Shown here: in pieces, positions 26,251-35,828 of the stretch
How positions within the stretch are numbered: position 1 is the stretch's first letter
How the letters are laid out: every line of letters begins with the position of its first letter
Source of the DNA: Candidatus Parcubacteria bacterium
GTDB taxonomy: Bacteria; Patescibacteriota; Minisyncoccia; JACPXH01
Assembly (NCBI GenBank): GCA_016196625.1
Contig: JACPXH010000013.1
Location: 4,516-68,515 of the forward strand
Reading direction: 5' to 3'
DNA length: 64,000 nt
Made by a program: the position numbers and the translations under genes
The notes under the pieces: generated by a model
Database searches by the model: none
The model's input: the letters and a program-made list of their open reading frames with translations, nothing else
What the model was told of the DNA's origin: nothing

Positions 26251-26866
26251 TGAATACGAAAATTTTAAAGCCAAGAAAATTCCCGGCGAGAGCCAGTATT
26301 GTTCCGGCGAGGTTTGCGACGTTGAGCCACTGTGTCGCCGTGAGTCCCGTAGGCGGGCTCGCAAAATGGGTGATGGCAGAAACTAATAGTGCTGCCAAGA
26401 GCGAGCTCGTGAGCGTAACGGCAGAAAACTGTAGATATTGCACTGGTGCCGCGCGCGCTGCAGTTGCATTGAAGGTCCAGTTTTTGTTCCACAAGAAGCT
26501 ATGGGTGTTCGCGATGACAAAGGCCATAACAACGAACACCCCTGCGCCGAGCCCTTGCGTGACGCCAGTGAGGTGTGCGAGGAAATTGAGGATGGCAAAA
26601 CTCAAGAGCGTATTGACCACTCCAATCAGGCCATACTTAGCGAACTGGTAGAGTGTCGGTAGCTGTCGGGTGAGCACTGCCGCAAACCATAGGCCAACTG
26701 GTGCGGCGATCCCCACCACCAGCCACAGCCACGGCAGGAAAGAGCGCACGAGCGAATTACCCACGCTAGCACTCGTGAGCACGTACCACGCGAGGAGTCC
26801 CGCGGCGACTCCGATCACTGTGGCATTCAACGCATCGTGTGCGGCAAGCTTTGGGGTCATTGACAA
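26237..26866 (-). CDS. GtrA-family membrane protein
   Basis: YGLIGVVNTLLSFAILNFL ... SFLWNKNWTFN, the GtrA signature. Confidence 0.7.
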   Translation of the reverse strand: MSMTPKLAAHDALNATVIGVAAGLLAWYVLTSASVGNSLVRSFLPWLWLVVGIAAPVGLWFAAVLTRQLPTLYQFAKYGLIGVVNTLLSFAILNFLAHLTGVTQGLGAGVFVVMAFVIANTHSFLWNKNWTFNATAARAAPVQYLQFSAVTLTSSLLAALLVSAITHFASPPTGLTATQWLNVANLAGTILALAGNFLGFKIFVFNAKR

Positions 26867-26955
26867 GTAAAATTTAGCGAAGTACTGTCTGTTCGGGAGT
26901 TAGACACGCTTCAGGCCGTTTGATTCGGTTTGATTGCACTATGAGGAGGTGAAGA

Positions 26956-27207
26956 ATGTCTGGTGATGAAGTCGGGAGGGCTCGCGACCTTGATCCTTTC
27001 GAACAATACCTGTGCGCATTTCGGGATTCTGTGGCGTCACGTCCGCGGCTGTCCGGGCGCATCCTATCCGTCTCTCTTCGGGAAAATGTCGTCGTGGTGC
27101 GGCTGTCCGACGGACGCGACGCACTCATCCCGCTGGTGATGCGCCCCGACGGGGTCGTGGCGCACGAGGGAGTGCAGGTGTTCCCGCCGCGGGCGGCTGG
27201 GGCGTAA
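26956..27207 (+). CDS. Hypothetical small protein (83 aa)
   Basis: Strong SD AGGAGGTGAAGA before the ATG. Confidence 0.5.
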   Translation: MSGDEVGRARDLDPFEQYLCAFRDSVASRPRLSGRILSVSLRENVVVVRLSDGRDALIPLVMRPDGVVAHEGVQVFPPRAAGA

Positions 27208-28036
27208 GCCCAAGGCCGCCCGTTTTCTTACGCGCAAACTCTTCGACAAAGGCGTCGATGCTGGCGATGGCGTCAGTGCACGCGTGCTGGATCGGGATTT
27301 CGTGAACGTGGGGGTGACTCTGGATTTGTTTCTGGAGCGAGCGTCGGATTTCGGCGATGAACTGTGCGGCTAGCCTGGCGCGTTCGCTCTGGCCGAGGTA
27401 GTCGGCCGGCGACTGTTCGCGGCTGTGACCCTCCCATTCGGTTATGACTCGATCGAGAATGGCGGCATCCGGTTCGAAGAGCGCGAGCGGCGTCACGCTG
27501 CCGTCGGCATTCCTCACGAACGCTTGCTCCTCAACGCGCCCTTCTTTTTCAGCGCGGAAATGCGCAGGGCTGATAGGTTCTGGGCGCAGCGGGTCACGTC
27601 TGCGCGTGAACATCTGTACGGCAACGCCACGTTCCCCCGGAACGGGGAGGAAGAAAAAATCCGCCTGAGCTTTCCCGACGGGGTTTTCATCGGCGTGAGG
27701 TTTGCGGCGGTCAATGCTCAACGGCGCATCGACAATGTGATCCCGGCCCAAGGTTTTCGCGAGCGCGGCCTCGACAAGCTCTTCGGCAACGTCGCCAAAC
27801 TCTTTTTTATATTCAATGGTCAGCAGGTCTTTTTTCGCCCGAGCGCGCTCCGTGGCGGCTTGAACCGATTTTTCCACGCCGGTCTCTAAAAGGAGTTTGA
27901 CCTCGCGGTCAATCCTCGCCGTGAGTCTCGGGTCGTCCGGCGAACGGGGTTGCGGCAATTCGAATGGATTGGTTGTGGACATCGGGTCTGGCGCGGCTCT
28001 CAAGGATGGATATACGATACCAGTACAGTATAGCAC
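27125..28036 (-). CDS. Hypothetical protein (303 aa)
   Basis: Long ORF with no motif. Its 3' end overlaps the convergent 26956-27207 gene by 83 nt, so one end may be mis-called. Confidence 0.45.
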   Translation of the reverse strand: MLYCTGIVYPSLRAAPDPMSTTNPFELPQPRSPDDPRLTARIDREVKLLLETGVEKSVQAATERARAKKDLLTIEYKKEFGDVAEELVEAALAKTLGRDHIVDAPLSIDRRKPHADENPVGKAQADFFFLPVPGERGVAVQMFTRRRDPLRPEPISPAHFRAEKEGRVEEQAFVRNADGSVTPLALFEPDAAILDRVITEWEGHSREQSPADYLGQSERARLAAQFIAEIRRSLQKQIQSHPHVHEIPIQHACTDAIASIDAFVEEFARKKTGGLGLTPQPPAAGTPALPRAPRPRRGASPAG

Positions 28037-28075
28037 GGCTCAGGCACTGAACTTTCCACAAGGGAGGGGAAGGCC

Positions 28076-28288
28076 ATGGAGCTCTTAGTCCGGCCGGAGA
28101 CGACCCAAGAGGCGGAGTTGCGCAATGCGGTTGGGTTTGAGGCGGCCCGCGAGATTTGTCCGTACTTGTGGCGGATCTTGCCCGTGACGACGGAGGATGG
28201 CGCGTGGCTCGTTGAAACGGTCTGTGCGCTTGACCCGCAAGCGCCAGGCGCCGCAAACGGATGGGCACAGCAGCAGGAAGCTGCCTGA
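28076..28288 (+). CDS. Hypothetical small protein (70 aa)
   Basis: SD AAGGGAGGGGAAGG before the ATG. Confidence 0.45.
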   Translation: MELLVRPETTQEAELRNAVGFEAAREICPYLWRILPVTTEDGAWLVETVCALDPQAPGAANGWAQQQEAA

Positions 28289-28299
28289 AGGGAGGTGCG

Positions 28300-28533
28300 A
28301 TGGCGGATGGCGACGTTCGTGTTCGGGAAAGCCCTTTTCGTAGTCCTTACCGCGATCGCGGTGGGGATAGTCGCGAGGGCTATCGGACGTGCCTTGGGGC
28401 CTGCGGCCAGTCATTTTGGTCACAGGGGCCGGAGAACCGTTTCTGCCCCTCGTGCGACCCGAAACGTAGGCGCGCGTCTGCATCTGTTATTCCCGACTGT
28501 CCGGTGGCGTTGAAGCGTCTGCGTCGGCAGTGA
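28300..28533 (+). CDS. Small Cys-rich zinc-ribbon-like protein (77 aa)
   Basis: SD GGGAGGTG before the ATG at 28300. CLGACGQSF...CPSCD. Confidence 0.4.
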   Translation: MADGDVRVRESPFRSPYRDRGGDSREGYRTCLGACGQSFWSQGPENRFCPSCDPKRRRASASVIPDCPVALKRLRRQ

Positions 28534-28593
28534 GCTCGGCCCGGTCTCTCCAGACCGGGCCGATTCTTGTTTCGAAAATTTTCACTTTTCCCC

Positions 28594-31020
28594 TTACCGC
28601 CCGGTCCCCTGCTCTGTGGGTGGAGCTGTGGTGAGCGCGGGCATTTGGGAAAGTCGGGTCCGAACTTCTTGTTCGACCGCCGCGCGGTCCCGGCCGTATA
28701 TTGAGCTCGACCACTGCCGAACTGCGTGTGCCGCCGCCGGATCCCCTTTGCGCGGCAGGTTGATCACAAAGTTAAAGGGCGAAGTGGTTTTGCCTTGAGA
28801 CATGAGCCGCGCGTAGGCGTTGAAGTTATCAAGGTTGATGAGATCAGATGCGGCAAAGGCCGGCGCAAACTGGGGTTCGATGGATTCGGCGTCTTCCACT
28901 CCCACCCGAAACGAAACCAAGGATCCCACGTTGCCGAAGACCGCGTTTTTGATTTCGTCCGTGAGTTGTTTGATGAATTGATGCGCGAGCGTGAGATTGA
29001 GCCGGTACTTGCGTGCTTCGGACAGGATTGTCGCAATGGACGGGGTCGCGAAGCTCTGGAATTCGTCCAAGTAGAGGTAAAAATCGGACCGCGCCTCCTC
29101 GGCTGCGTCGGTTCGGCTCAAAGCCGCCAAAAGCAGTTTGCCCACGAGAATCAGGCCAAGGAGGGAGCTGTTGAGTTCGCCCAGACGCCCTTTGGTGAGG
29201 TTAACGAGGAGAATCTTGCGTTCGTCCATCACTTGGCGAAAATTAAATGAGCTTTGCTCTTGGGCGATGATGGGGCGCATGATGTCGTTGGCAATGAACA
29301 GGTTCATCTTTGAAGTGATGTAGGGCACCATGTTCGCGAGCGCCGCTTCCCCGCCGGCTTTCTCCGCCTCCAGCTCCCAGAAATTCTTGATTACCATGTT
29401 CGTCGTGCGTGAGAGTTTCAACTTGCGAAACTCTTTATCCGCGAGCACCCGCGGGATTTCCAGGAGCGTATTGCCGGAGGCAGGATCTTCCATGACCAGC
29501 AGCACGGCGTTGCGCATGTATTGTTCAAACATGGGCCCGCCGGTAACTTTCAGATCGTAGAGCTTGTCAAAAATGGCGATGAGTTCATTCGCGATGAAGG
29601 TTTTCTGCTCGGGGTGCGCCGGGTCATATTCAAGCATGTTAAGCCCGAGGGGCCGTTCGATGTCGCCCGGGTTGAAATAGATTACTTCTTCCCGGCGGCT
29701 CGCGGGCACGAGTCCGAGGAGGTCGTCGGCCAAATCTCCGTGCGGGTCTATAAGCGCAAGGCCCTCTCCGGCCTCAATGTCTTGACGCGCGAGTTCTTTG
29801 ATGAGCGACGATTTGCCGGTTCCAGTTTGGCCTATAATATAGAGGTGTCTCCGGCGGTCTTCGCGCGCGATACGGATTACGGTTTCTCTGCCCCGAAAGA
29901 CGTTGCGCCCCAACATCAGACCTTCAAGGGGAAGGTTGAGCGGCGGCTCGGCCTGACGGGCTTTGAGCGCGTGCAGTTTGGGTGCTTCGAGCGAGGGGGT
30001 CGCAAAGTGATACATGCTACTCAACTCATCGGCACTCAAGATAAGCGCATCGCGTGAACGAAAGAGACGCCATGAAAACGCAAAGAGAAGCGACTCCAAC
30101 CGGCCGCCCTTGCGCCGCTTAAATGAGAGCGAGTTGGTCGGGGGAGCGCTCAAGGGGGCAAAGGCGGTTTCCATCTGTTCGAGCAGCGCTTTCGCCCGAG
30201 TCTCTTCTGCCGCCGAGGCCACCACCCGAACATTGGCTGCAAAGACGGGCGTGCGGGCCTTGCGCTCGATGGCCTCCACCGCTTCGGGGTCAACGGGTTC
30301 GTTCTTGCTTTCGCCGGGGCCTCGGGTCGAGTTTGCTTTGAGCTTTTGGGCTTGGGCCACGCTTTCGGCGCCCCAGCGTTTGGGAGCGGGTTGGAGCAGA
30401 ATTTGGATGGCCGCACCCTCCCCTTCTTTGGCAATTTTGCTTAAGGCCGTGGCAATCGCGCTTAAGGGATCCACTTCAAGCTCACGGAAGGTGCGCAGCG
30501 ACAGGCGGCTGTTTTTGACCTCAAGGATTGAGGCTTCGTGTCTGCCGTGGGGATTGAACAGGTTATAGTCCGGTACCGCCTCGATTACGGCTTCCGGGAA
30601 AAAGCCGTGGATGTGTTTTTCGAACGCTTCAGCCAGCCGCCTCGGGAAGGCCGCGAAAAACTGAATTTCCTCGCCCACATGGGGGACGGCCAGTTCAAAG
30701 GCAACCGTGGGCATCCCCCGGAGGATCGCCCGCCACCACTTCTCTTTTAGAAACGTCAGGCTCGCGTAGAACTGACTCATGACGGCGAGCCCCTCGCGCA
30801 TTCGTTCCACTGCCGATCGATCCGACTCCAGGGGACGGTTCGGAAGCGCAATCGCGAAGAGGGCGAGGTTCAGGGCGCGCGCGGTCTCCCCTCGGCGTCG
30901 GAGCGTAACTAAACCCCAAGCCGCCGCAGTGCCGCCCACCGTAAGGACGGCGAGGGTTATGAGGATGAGCCAGAGGAGGAAAGAGAGATCGAGGGGCACG
31001 GTCAAAAGTTCAAATGCCAA
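28594..31020 (-). CDS. Membrane-anchored VirB4/TraG/HerA-like P-loop NTPase (AAA_10/DUF87-type)
   Basis: Two N-terminal TM helices. Walker A GQTGTGKSS followed by LIDPHGDL, Walker B FYLYLDEFQ, then LTLAHQ. TTG start at 31018-31020 lies inside an AT-rich heptad leader. Confidence 0.55.
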   Translation of the reverse strand: MAFELLTVPLDLSFLLWLILITLAVLTVGGTAAAWGLVTLRRRGETARALNLALFAIALPNRPLESDRSAVERMREGLAVMSQFYASLTFLKEKWWRAILRGMPTVAFELAVPHVGEEIQFFAAFPRRLAEAFEKHIHGFFPEAVIEAVPDYNLFNPHGRHEASILEVKNSRLSLRTFRELEVDPLSAIATALSKIAKEGEGAAIQILLQPAPKRWGAESVAQAQKLKANSTRGPGESKNEPVDPEAVEAIERKARTPVFAANVRVVASAAEETRAKALLEQMETAFAPLSAPPTNSLSFKRRKGGRLESLLFAFSWRLFRSRDALILSADELSSMYHFATPSLEAPKLHALKARQAEPPLNLPLEGLMLGRNVFRGRETVIRIAREDRRRHLYIIGQTGTGKSSLIKELARQDIEAGEGLALIDPHGDLADDLLGLVPASRREEVIYFNPGDIERPLGLNMLEYDPAHPEQKTFIANELIAIFDKLYDLKVTGGPMFEQYMRNAVLLVMEDPASGNTLLEIPRVLADKEFRKLKLSRTTNMVIKNFWELEAEKAGGEAALANMVPYITSKMNLFIANDIMRPIIAQEQSSFNFRQVMDERKILLVNLTKGRLGELNSSLLGLILVGKLLLAALSRTDAAEEARSDFYLYLDEFQSFATPSIATILSEARKYRLNLTLAHQFIKQLTDEIKNAVFGNVGSLVSFRVGVEDAESIEPQFAPAFAASDLINLDNFNAYARLMSQGKTTSPFNFVINLPRKGDPAAAHAVRQWSSSIYGRDRAAVEQEVRTRLSQMPALTTAPPTEQGTGR

Positions 31021-31088
31021 AATCCAAATGCCAAATCAAACTTAAAGTTCAAAATCCAAAATCGCTTCGGCATTTGGGCTTTGGATTT
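31021..31088. promoter_or_regulatory. AT-rich heptad-repeat leader (units TTTGRMW) abutting the ATPase start
   Basis: Shares an about 55-nt block (AAATGCCGAAGCGATTTTGGATTTTGAACTTTAAGTTTGATTTG) with 33745-33821. Related repeats at 31488-31551, 49621-49675 and 60941-61124. Confidence 0.5.
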
Positions 31089-31487
31089 CTAAATTGGTTT
31101 CAGTTTTCCCCTGCTCACTAAATCGTTGTACAGGTGGTCCACGAGAGCATCGTGGAAAGCGTCAATGAGGCGCGCGTTGTGCGAGGCCTTGACCGCGCCA
31201 ATGGCTTGCCCCAAGCCTTTGAGGAACGCGACGTCAACGAGCTCTTGCACCTTCAGTGCTTCTTCTTGGGCGGTCGGAGCGCCCCCGGACGCTTGGCCAG
31301 TGGTTGGAGGTACGGTGATGTTTGGCGGCGGGACCGCGCCCGCGATTTTTTCGCCGACGTATTCGCGAATCGTTGCTCGCTCCGATTCCGGTTCGCGCTG
31401 TTCAGAGAGCGTCTGCTTGCGCTCCGCGAGGCGCTCCTCAAGCTCCCGGATTTCTGATTCAAGCTGATGAGGGGTTTCGTAGGGCAT
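31089..31487 (-). CDS. Coiled-coil hypothetical protein (132 aa)
   Basis: ATG at 31485-31487 (MPYETPHQLESEIRELEERL...) directly follows a heptad-repeat leader. Confidence 0.45.
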   Translation of the reverse strand: MPYETPHQLESEIRELEERLAERKQTLSEQREPESERATIREYVGEKIAGAVPPPNITVPPTTGQASGGAPTAQEEALKVQELVDVAFLKGLGQAIGAVKASHNARLIDAFHDALVDHLYNDLVSRGKLKPI

Positions 31488-31551
31488 ATCTCGAAATGAC
31501 AAATGCCAAAATCCAAATGTCAAATGCAAAATCAAACAGCGCTACAGTATA

Positions 31552-31806
31552 TCACCCTTCGATTTTCAGAGATTTGTATTTTCGTACAATGCGCATGATG
31601 GCTAGTGGGATGTAAAAGACGGGAAAGACGTATGACACCACTCCAACCGCAAGGTACGGGAGGTTAATTCGAAACAAGCCGATGTCGTACGGCGCCACAG
31701 TATCGGGATATATGGAAGCAACTACCAATAGTAAAACCGCAGGTCCCTCAATCGCCATGAAGGTCCCCGCAAGTTTCCCGATGTAGCGCCTCAGGCGCGG
31801 GTCCAT
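31552..31806 (-). CDS. Small membrane protein (84 aa)
   Basis: Two hydrophobic helices. Confidence 0.35.
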   Translation of the reverse strand: MDPRLRRYIGKLAGTFMAIEGPAVLLLVVASIYPDTVAPYDIGLFRINLPYLAVGVVSYVFPVFYIPLAIMRIVRKYKSLKIEG

Positions 31807-31999
31807 GATTGCTTAGTCTAGCACAGTCCGGGGCCTCGACTTACTTTAATTTATCCACACGGCGGCATGCAGGAGCGTGCTAGACTGGAAGCGGAAAAAC
31901 TCCTTTTTGGATCGTACGGGATTGCTTCGCCCGCCTCCGCCAGTTGGCGGATGGCGGGCTCGCAATGACGGCCGACAGCGGCTCTCGCTGAACTCTATT

Positions 32000-33694
32000 A
32001 TGGATAAGCGCCAACGAACTTGGATTTTCCTTGGCATCATTCTTGTAGTTGCCATCTTTTTTCGCTTCTGGCAGTTTACCGAATTTCCTCCCGGGTTGTA
32101 TCCGGACGAGGCGGTCAATGGCGTAAATGGTCTCCAAGCGGTTGAGACCGGCAACTATCAAGTTTTCTACCCGGACAACAACGGCCGCGAGGGGCTGTGG
32201 ATGAACGTGCAGGGATTAGTCTCAAAGGCGCTCGGCCCTTCGCCCTGGGCTCTGCGGGTGCCCAGCATGGTGATAGGCGTGCTCACGGTTCTCGGCCTTT
32301 TCTTATTAGTGCGCGAGCTAGTCGGCGACGAGGTGGCTTTGGTTTCGGCAGCGCTGCTGGCGACTTCCTTTTGGCACACGGTGTTTTCCCGCATGGCCTT
32401 CCGGGCCATTCTATTGCCGTTCGTGCTTACCTATCTTTTCTACTTTTTGGTTCGGGGATTGAAACGCGGGCGCGGATCAGATTTTGTCGGAGCCGGTTTT
32501 TTCTTCGGGCTGGGTTTTCACACCTATATTTCTTACCGGATCGTGCCGCTGCTGCTGGTTGCGCTGTTCGGCGTACTCATTTGGTTAAAGCGGCGCAAGG
32601 TTTGGCAGCCAATATTCTGCGCGCCGTGTGCGGTTAGTCTTATGCTGATTGTGGGGCTTGTGGTGGCAACTCCCATGCTTCTTTATTTGATTCAGCACCC
32701 GGAAGATTGGAGCGGTCGGACCGGCGGCATTTCTGTCTGGAGCGCGCAAAGTCCTCTCAAGGCCGTTCTCATCTCCACGGCCGCAACATTAGGGCAGTTT
32801 AACGTGCTCGGGGATCGCAACTGGCGGCATAACTTCCCCGGCCGGCCGGAGCTGTTTTGGCCCGCCGGGATTATGATGCTGGTAGGGCTTGCGATAACGT
32901 TTCGGACAGCGTTCCGAATATTCCGCGCAAAGCCAGCCGCGCCACCCTCGGAGGAAACCGTTCGGCCATGCCACTCTAATATACTAGTATATGATAGTGG
33001 AAACGGCTGGCTCGTCATTTTCGGGGCGTGGCTCATGCTCGGATGGTTCTTTGCCTTGATGGTGCCGGCGATTCTCACGCGCGAAGGCCTGCCCCATGCG
33101 CTGCGCACCATCGGCACTATCCCGCCCGCGTACGCGTTTGCCGGGGTTGGCACGTGGCTCACGTGGAAGGCGTTGCGGCGCAAGGTTCTCGGTGGGCTCG
33201 AAGGATTTTTGGAACGCGATCCGAATCTGGAGTTTCTGCGATCCAGATTGAACCGTATTCGGCGGTGGTTCGGGGTGCTGCTCGCGACTTTTCTTCTGTG
33301 GGTGGCGGGCAGCGAAGGGGTTACGTACTTTGTGCGTTGGGCGCCCCACCCGCGCGTGGCCGACGCTTTTGCGGCTCACCAGACCGAGCTCGCCAACTAC
33401 ATCAACGCCGCGGAGCCCGACATTTCGATCTACGTGGTGGTTAACGCCCCCAGTCTCAACGTCAACGGCATCTCGCTCAACGCCCAACCCCTCGTGTATC
33501 TGAATCACGGCCGGCCCAACTTGTTTTTCGTAACTCCAGAGACCATCGGTTCGATCCCCCGCGATCTGCATCGGGCCGAGATTATCCTGCTCGATTCGGA
33601 TCGGCAGTTTCTGGCCCAACTCCAGCGTGAGCGTTATCCCCAAGGAAAGACCAAGGCAGTCTCGGGGACGATCGTGCCGTTGGTGATTCCGTAA
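32000..33694 (+). CDS. Glycosyltransferase family 39 (ArnT/PMT-like) polytopic membrane protein
   Basis: N-terminal loop motif GLYPDEAVNGVNG (DE motif) after the first TM, with many TM helices. ATG at 32000. Confidence 0.7.
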   Translation: MDKRQRTWIFLGIILVVAIFFRFWQFTEFPPGLYPDEAVNGVNGLQAVETGNYQVFYPDNNGREGLWMNVQGLVSKALGPSPWALRVPSMVIGVLTVLGLFLLVRELVGDEVALVSAALLATSFWHTVFSRMAFRAILLPFVLTYLFYFLVRGLKRGRGSDFVGAGFFFGLGFHTYISYRIVPLLLVALFGVLIWLKRRKVWQPIFCAPCAVSLMLIVGLVVATPMLLYLIQHPEDWSGRTGGISVWSAQSPLKAVLISTAATLGQFNVLGDRNWRHNFPGRPELFWPAGIMMLVGLAITFRTAFRIFRAKPAAPPSEETVRPCHSNILVYDSGNGWLVIFGAWLMLGWFFALMVPAILTREGLPHALRTIGTIPPAYAFAGVGTWLTWKALRRKVLGGLEGFLERDPNLEFLRSRLNRIRRWFGVLLATFLLWVAGSEGVTYFVRWAPHPRVADAFAAHQTELANYINAAEPDISIYVVVNAPSLNVNGISLNAQPLVYLNHGRPNLFFVTPETIGSIPRDLHRAEIILLDSDRQFLAQLQRERYPQGKTKAVSGTIVPLVIP

Positions 33695-33821
33695 GTTCAA
33701 AGTTCAAAGTTCAAATTTCAAAGCTCAAATGTCAAATCCAAAGCCCAAATGCCGAAGCGATTTTGGATTTTGAACTTTAAGTTTGATTTGAAATTTGGAT
33801 TTTGTCATTTGGATTTCAGGT
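33695..33821. repeat. AT-rich heptad repeats in palindromic arrangement ((GTTCAAA)3 TTTCAAA GCTCAAA TGTCAAA ... then the inverse TTTTGGATTTTGAACTTTAAGTTTGATTTG...)
   Basis: Tandem 7-mers read directly. The right half is a leader for the downstream GT39 gene. Confidence 0.6.
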
Positions 33822-35729
33822 ATGACCGCTTCATCAGTACGCCACAATATATCCATTACGGGTTGGGCGTTCGTCATCCTCGCCCTCATGTTCGTCCTGA
33901 TGTTTGCGTCAGCGTGGGACGACACGCTTACCTTCGACGAAATCGCCCATATCCCCGCCGGATACAGCTACCTCACGAGAGCCGATATGCGGCTAAATCC
34001 CGAACACCCGCCACTCCTTAAAGACTGGGCCGCACTCCCGCTTCTTGCCGCCGGCCTCAAGTTCCCGGCAGACAATCCGGGCTGGAAAGATGACGTGAAT
34101 GGGCAATGGACGTTCGGGTACGGATTTATCTATTTTGCGGGGAACAACCCCGATGTAATCCGGCACTTGGCGCGAATTCCGATGATGGTTCTCACCGTAG
34201 GGCTGGGAGCACTCTTGTTTTGGTGGACGAGACGCCGCTATGGGCAGGTTGCCGCGTTCACGGCGCTGGTATTGTTTGCGCTTTCGCCCAACTTCATTGC
34301 TCACGGTCGCTACGTTACCACTGACGTGGGCGCTTCGTTTGGATTTTTAGTCGCCATCATCGCCTTCATTCGCTTTCTGGAAGAGCCGACTTCAAAGCGA
34401 CGTTTGGTGCTGGCGGGTTTTGCGTATGGGTTTGCCCAACTGCTTAAGTTTTCCGCCTTTTTGCTTGGGCCGCTGTTTGTGGCGCTCACGGTTCTTTACA
34501 TCGTTCTGGAGAGCGACGCGGGCTTCTGGTCTATGGTGCGCCGGTACTTGGGCGCGCTCATTGCCATTTTTGCCATCGGCTACGCGTTCGTCTGGGCGGT
34601 GTATGTATTTCATACTGCGGGCTACCCTCCCGCCCGTCAAGCTCACGACATGGCCGCAGAACTATATAACTACGCCGGCGGTCCGTCCTCACCCGCCTTT
34701 GCCGTGTGCAATCCGGCTCTCGTGGGACTTAAACGCTTTGCGCGCTGTCCGGCTGAAATCGGAATCTGGATGGCAGACAAGCCCGTTTTGCGCGCCTTGG
34801 CGCACTATCTCAAAGGAGTGCTGATGGTCTTCCAGCGTTCAGCCGGCGGTAACACTACGTACTTCTGGGGGCAAGTTTCCGCGGCCGGGTGGCGGTCCTA
34901 CTTTCCCGCGATCTATGTGCTCAAAGAGACTCTGCCGGCGTTGATTCTGGCTTTCTTGGCCTTAGCGTATGCGCTCGCCCGGAGCATTCGGAGCATGACG
35001 CGCGAAGCCCATTGTTTTAAACGGTCTCTGCGCTGGTTGCGCGAGCACCCAGCCGAGACTGCCATGAGCGCTTTTGTTGCGTTTTATTGGTTGACCAGCA
35101 TCCGTTCAAACCTGAACATCGGCTTCAGGCACATCCTGCCAACGCTGCCTTTTATCTACATTTTGACCGCGCGCCAAATTGCCCTTTGGCTTAAGCCGGT
35201 TATTCAATCGGGCGGCCAGATGCCTTGGCGCACGCTCGCAAATTTTGCCAAAGGGTATGGAACGGTGCTGCGTAAATCAGTACTACTCGGGGTGTTCATG
35301 CTGTGGCAGGCGGTCAATACCTTTGCAATTTTTCCGTCGTACCTTGCCCATTTCAACGAGTTGGCCGGCGGACCTGCCAGCGGCTACAAGTGGGCGGTGG
35401 ACTCAAACTTGGACTGGGGTCAGGACCTGAAACGCTTGGGCGACTGGCTTGAAGTCAATAACATCCCCAAGATAAAACTGGATTATTTTGGTGGCGGCGT
35501 GCCCGAGTACTATCTGGGCGATCGATACGAAAAGCTTCGCTGCGACGACAAAGCGTGTGCGGCCCCAACGTCCGGCTGGGTGGCGGTTTCGGCTACGCTT
35601 TTACAGGGTGGGCGCGGCATGGCCGCGGCCGGTTATGACAAGCGAACCGACTACTACCGCTGGCTTGAGCGCTACGAGCCGCCGGTGGCCAAGATCGGGT
35701 ATTCGATTTTCGTGTATCGGATTCAATAG
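33822..35729 (+). CDS. Glycosyltransferase family 39 (ArnT/PMT-like), second copy
   Basis: DDTLTFDEIAHIPAGYSYL with many TM helices. ATG at 33822. Confidence 0.7.
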   Translation: MTASSVRHNISITGWAFVILALMFVLMFASAWDDTLTFDEIAHIPAGYSYLTRADMRLNPEHPPLLKDWAALPLLAAGLKFPADNPGWKDDVNGQWTFGYGFIYFAGNNPDVIRHLARIPMMVLTVGLGALLFWWTRRRYGQVAAFTALVLFALSPNFIAHGRYVTTDVGASFGFLVAIIAFIRFLEEPTSKRRLVLAGFAYGFAQLLKFSAFLLGPLFVALTVLYIVLESDAGFWSMVRRYLGALIAIFAIGYAFVWAVYVFHTAGYPPARQAHDMAAELYNYAGGPSSPAFAVCNPALVGLKRFARCPAEIGIWMADKPVLRALAHYLKGVLMVFQRSAGGNTTYFWGQVSAAGWRSYFPAIYVLKETLPALILAFLALAYALARSIRSMTREAHCFKRSLRWLREHPAETAMSAFVAFYWLTSIRSNLNIGFRHILPTLPFIYILTARQIALWLKPVIQSGGQMPWRTLANFAKGYGTVLRKSVLLGVFMLWQAVNTFAIFPSYLAHFNELAGGPASGYKWAVDSNLDWGQDLKRLGDWLEVNNIPKIKLDYFGGGVPEYYLGDRYEKLRCDDKACAAPTSGWVAVSATLLQGGRGMAAAGYDKRTDYYRWLERYEPPVAKIGYSIFVYRIQ

Positions 35730-35828
35730 GATTTATAAGACCTATAAGATTTATAGGTCTTAATGGGTCTCCGCTACGGCGGAAAAGTTTTGCGCCCCGC
35801 GCACAAAGTGCGCGGGGCGCCCCGTCTC

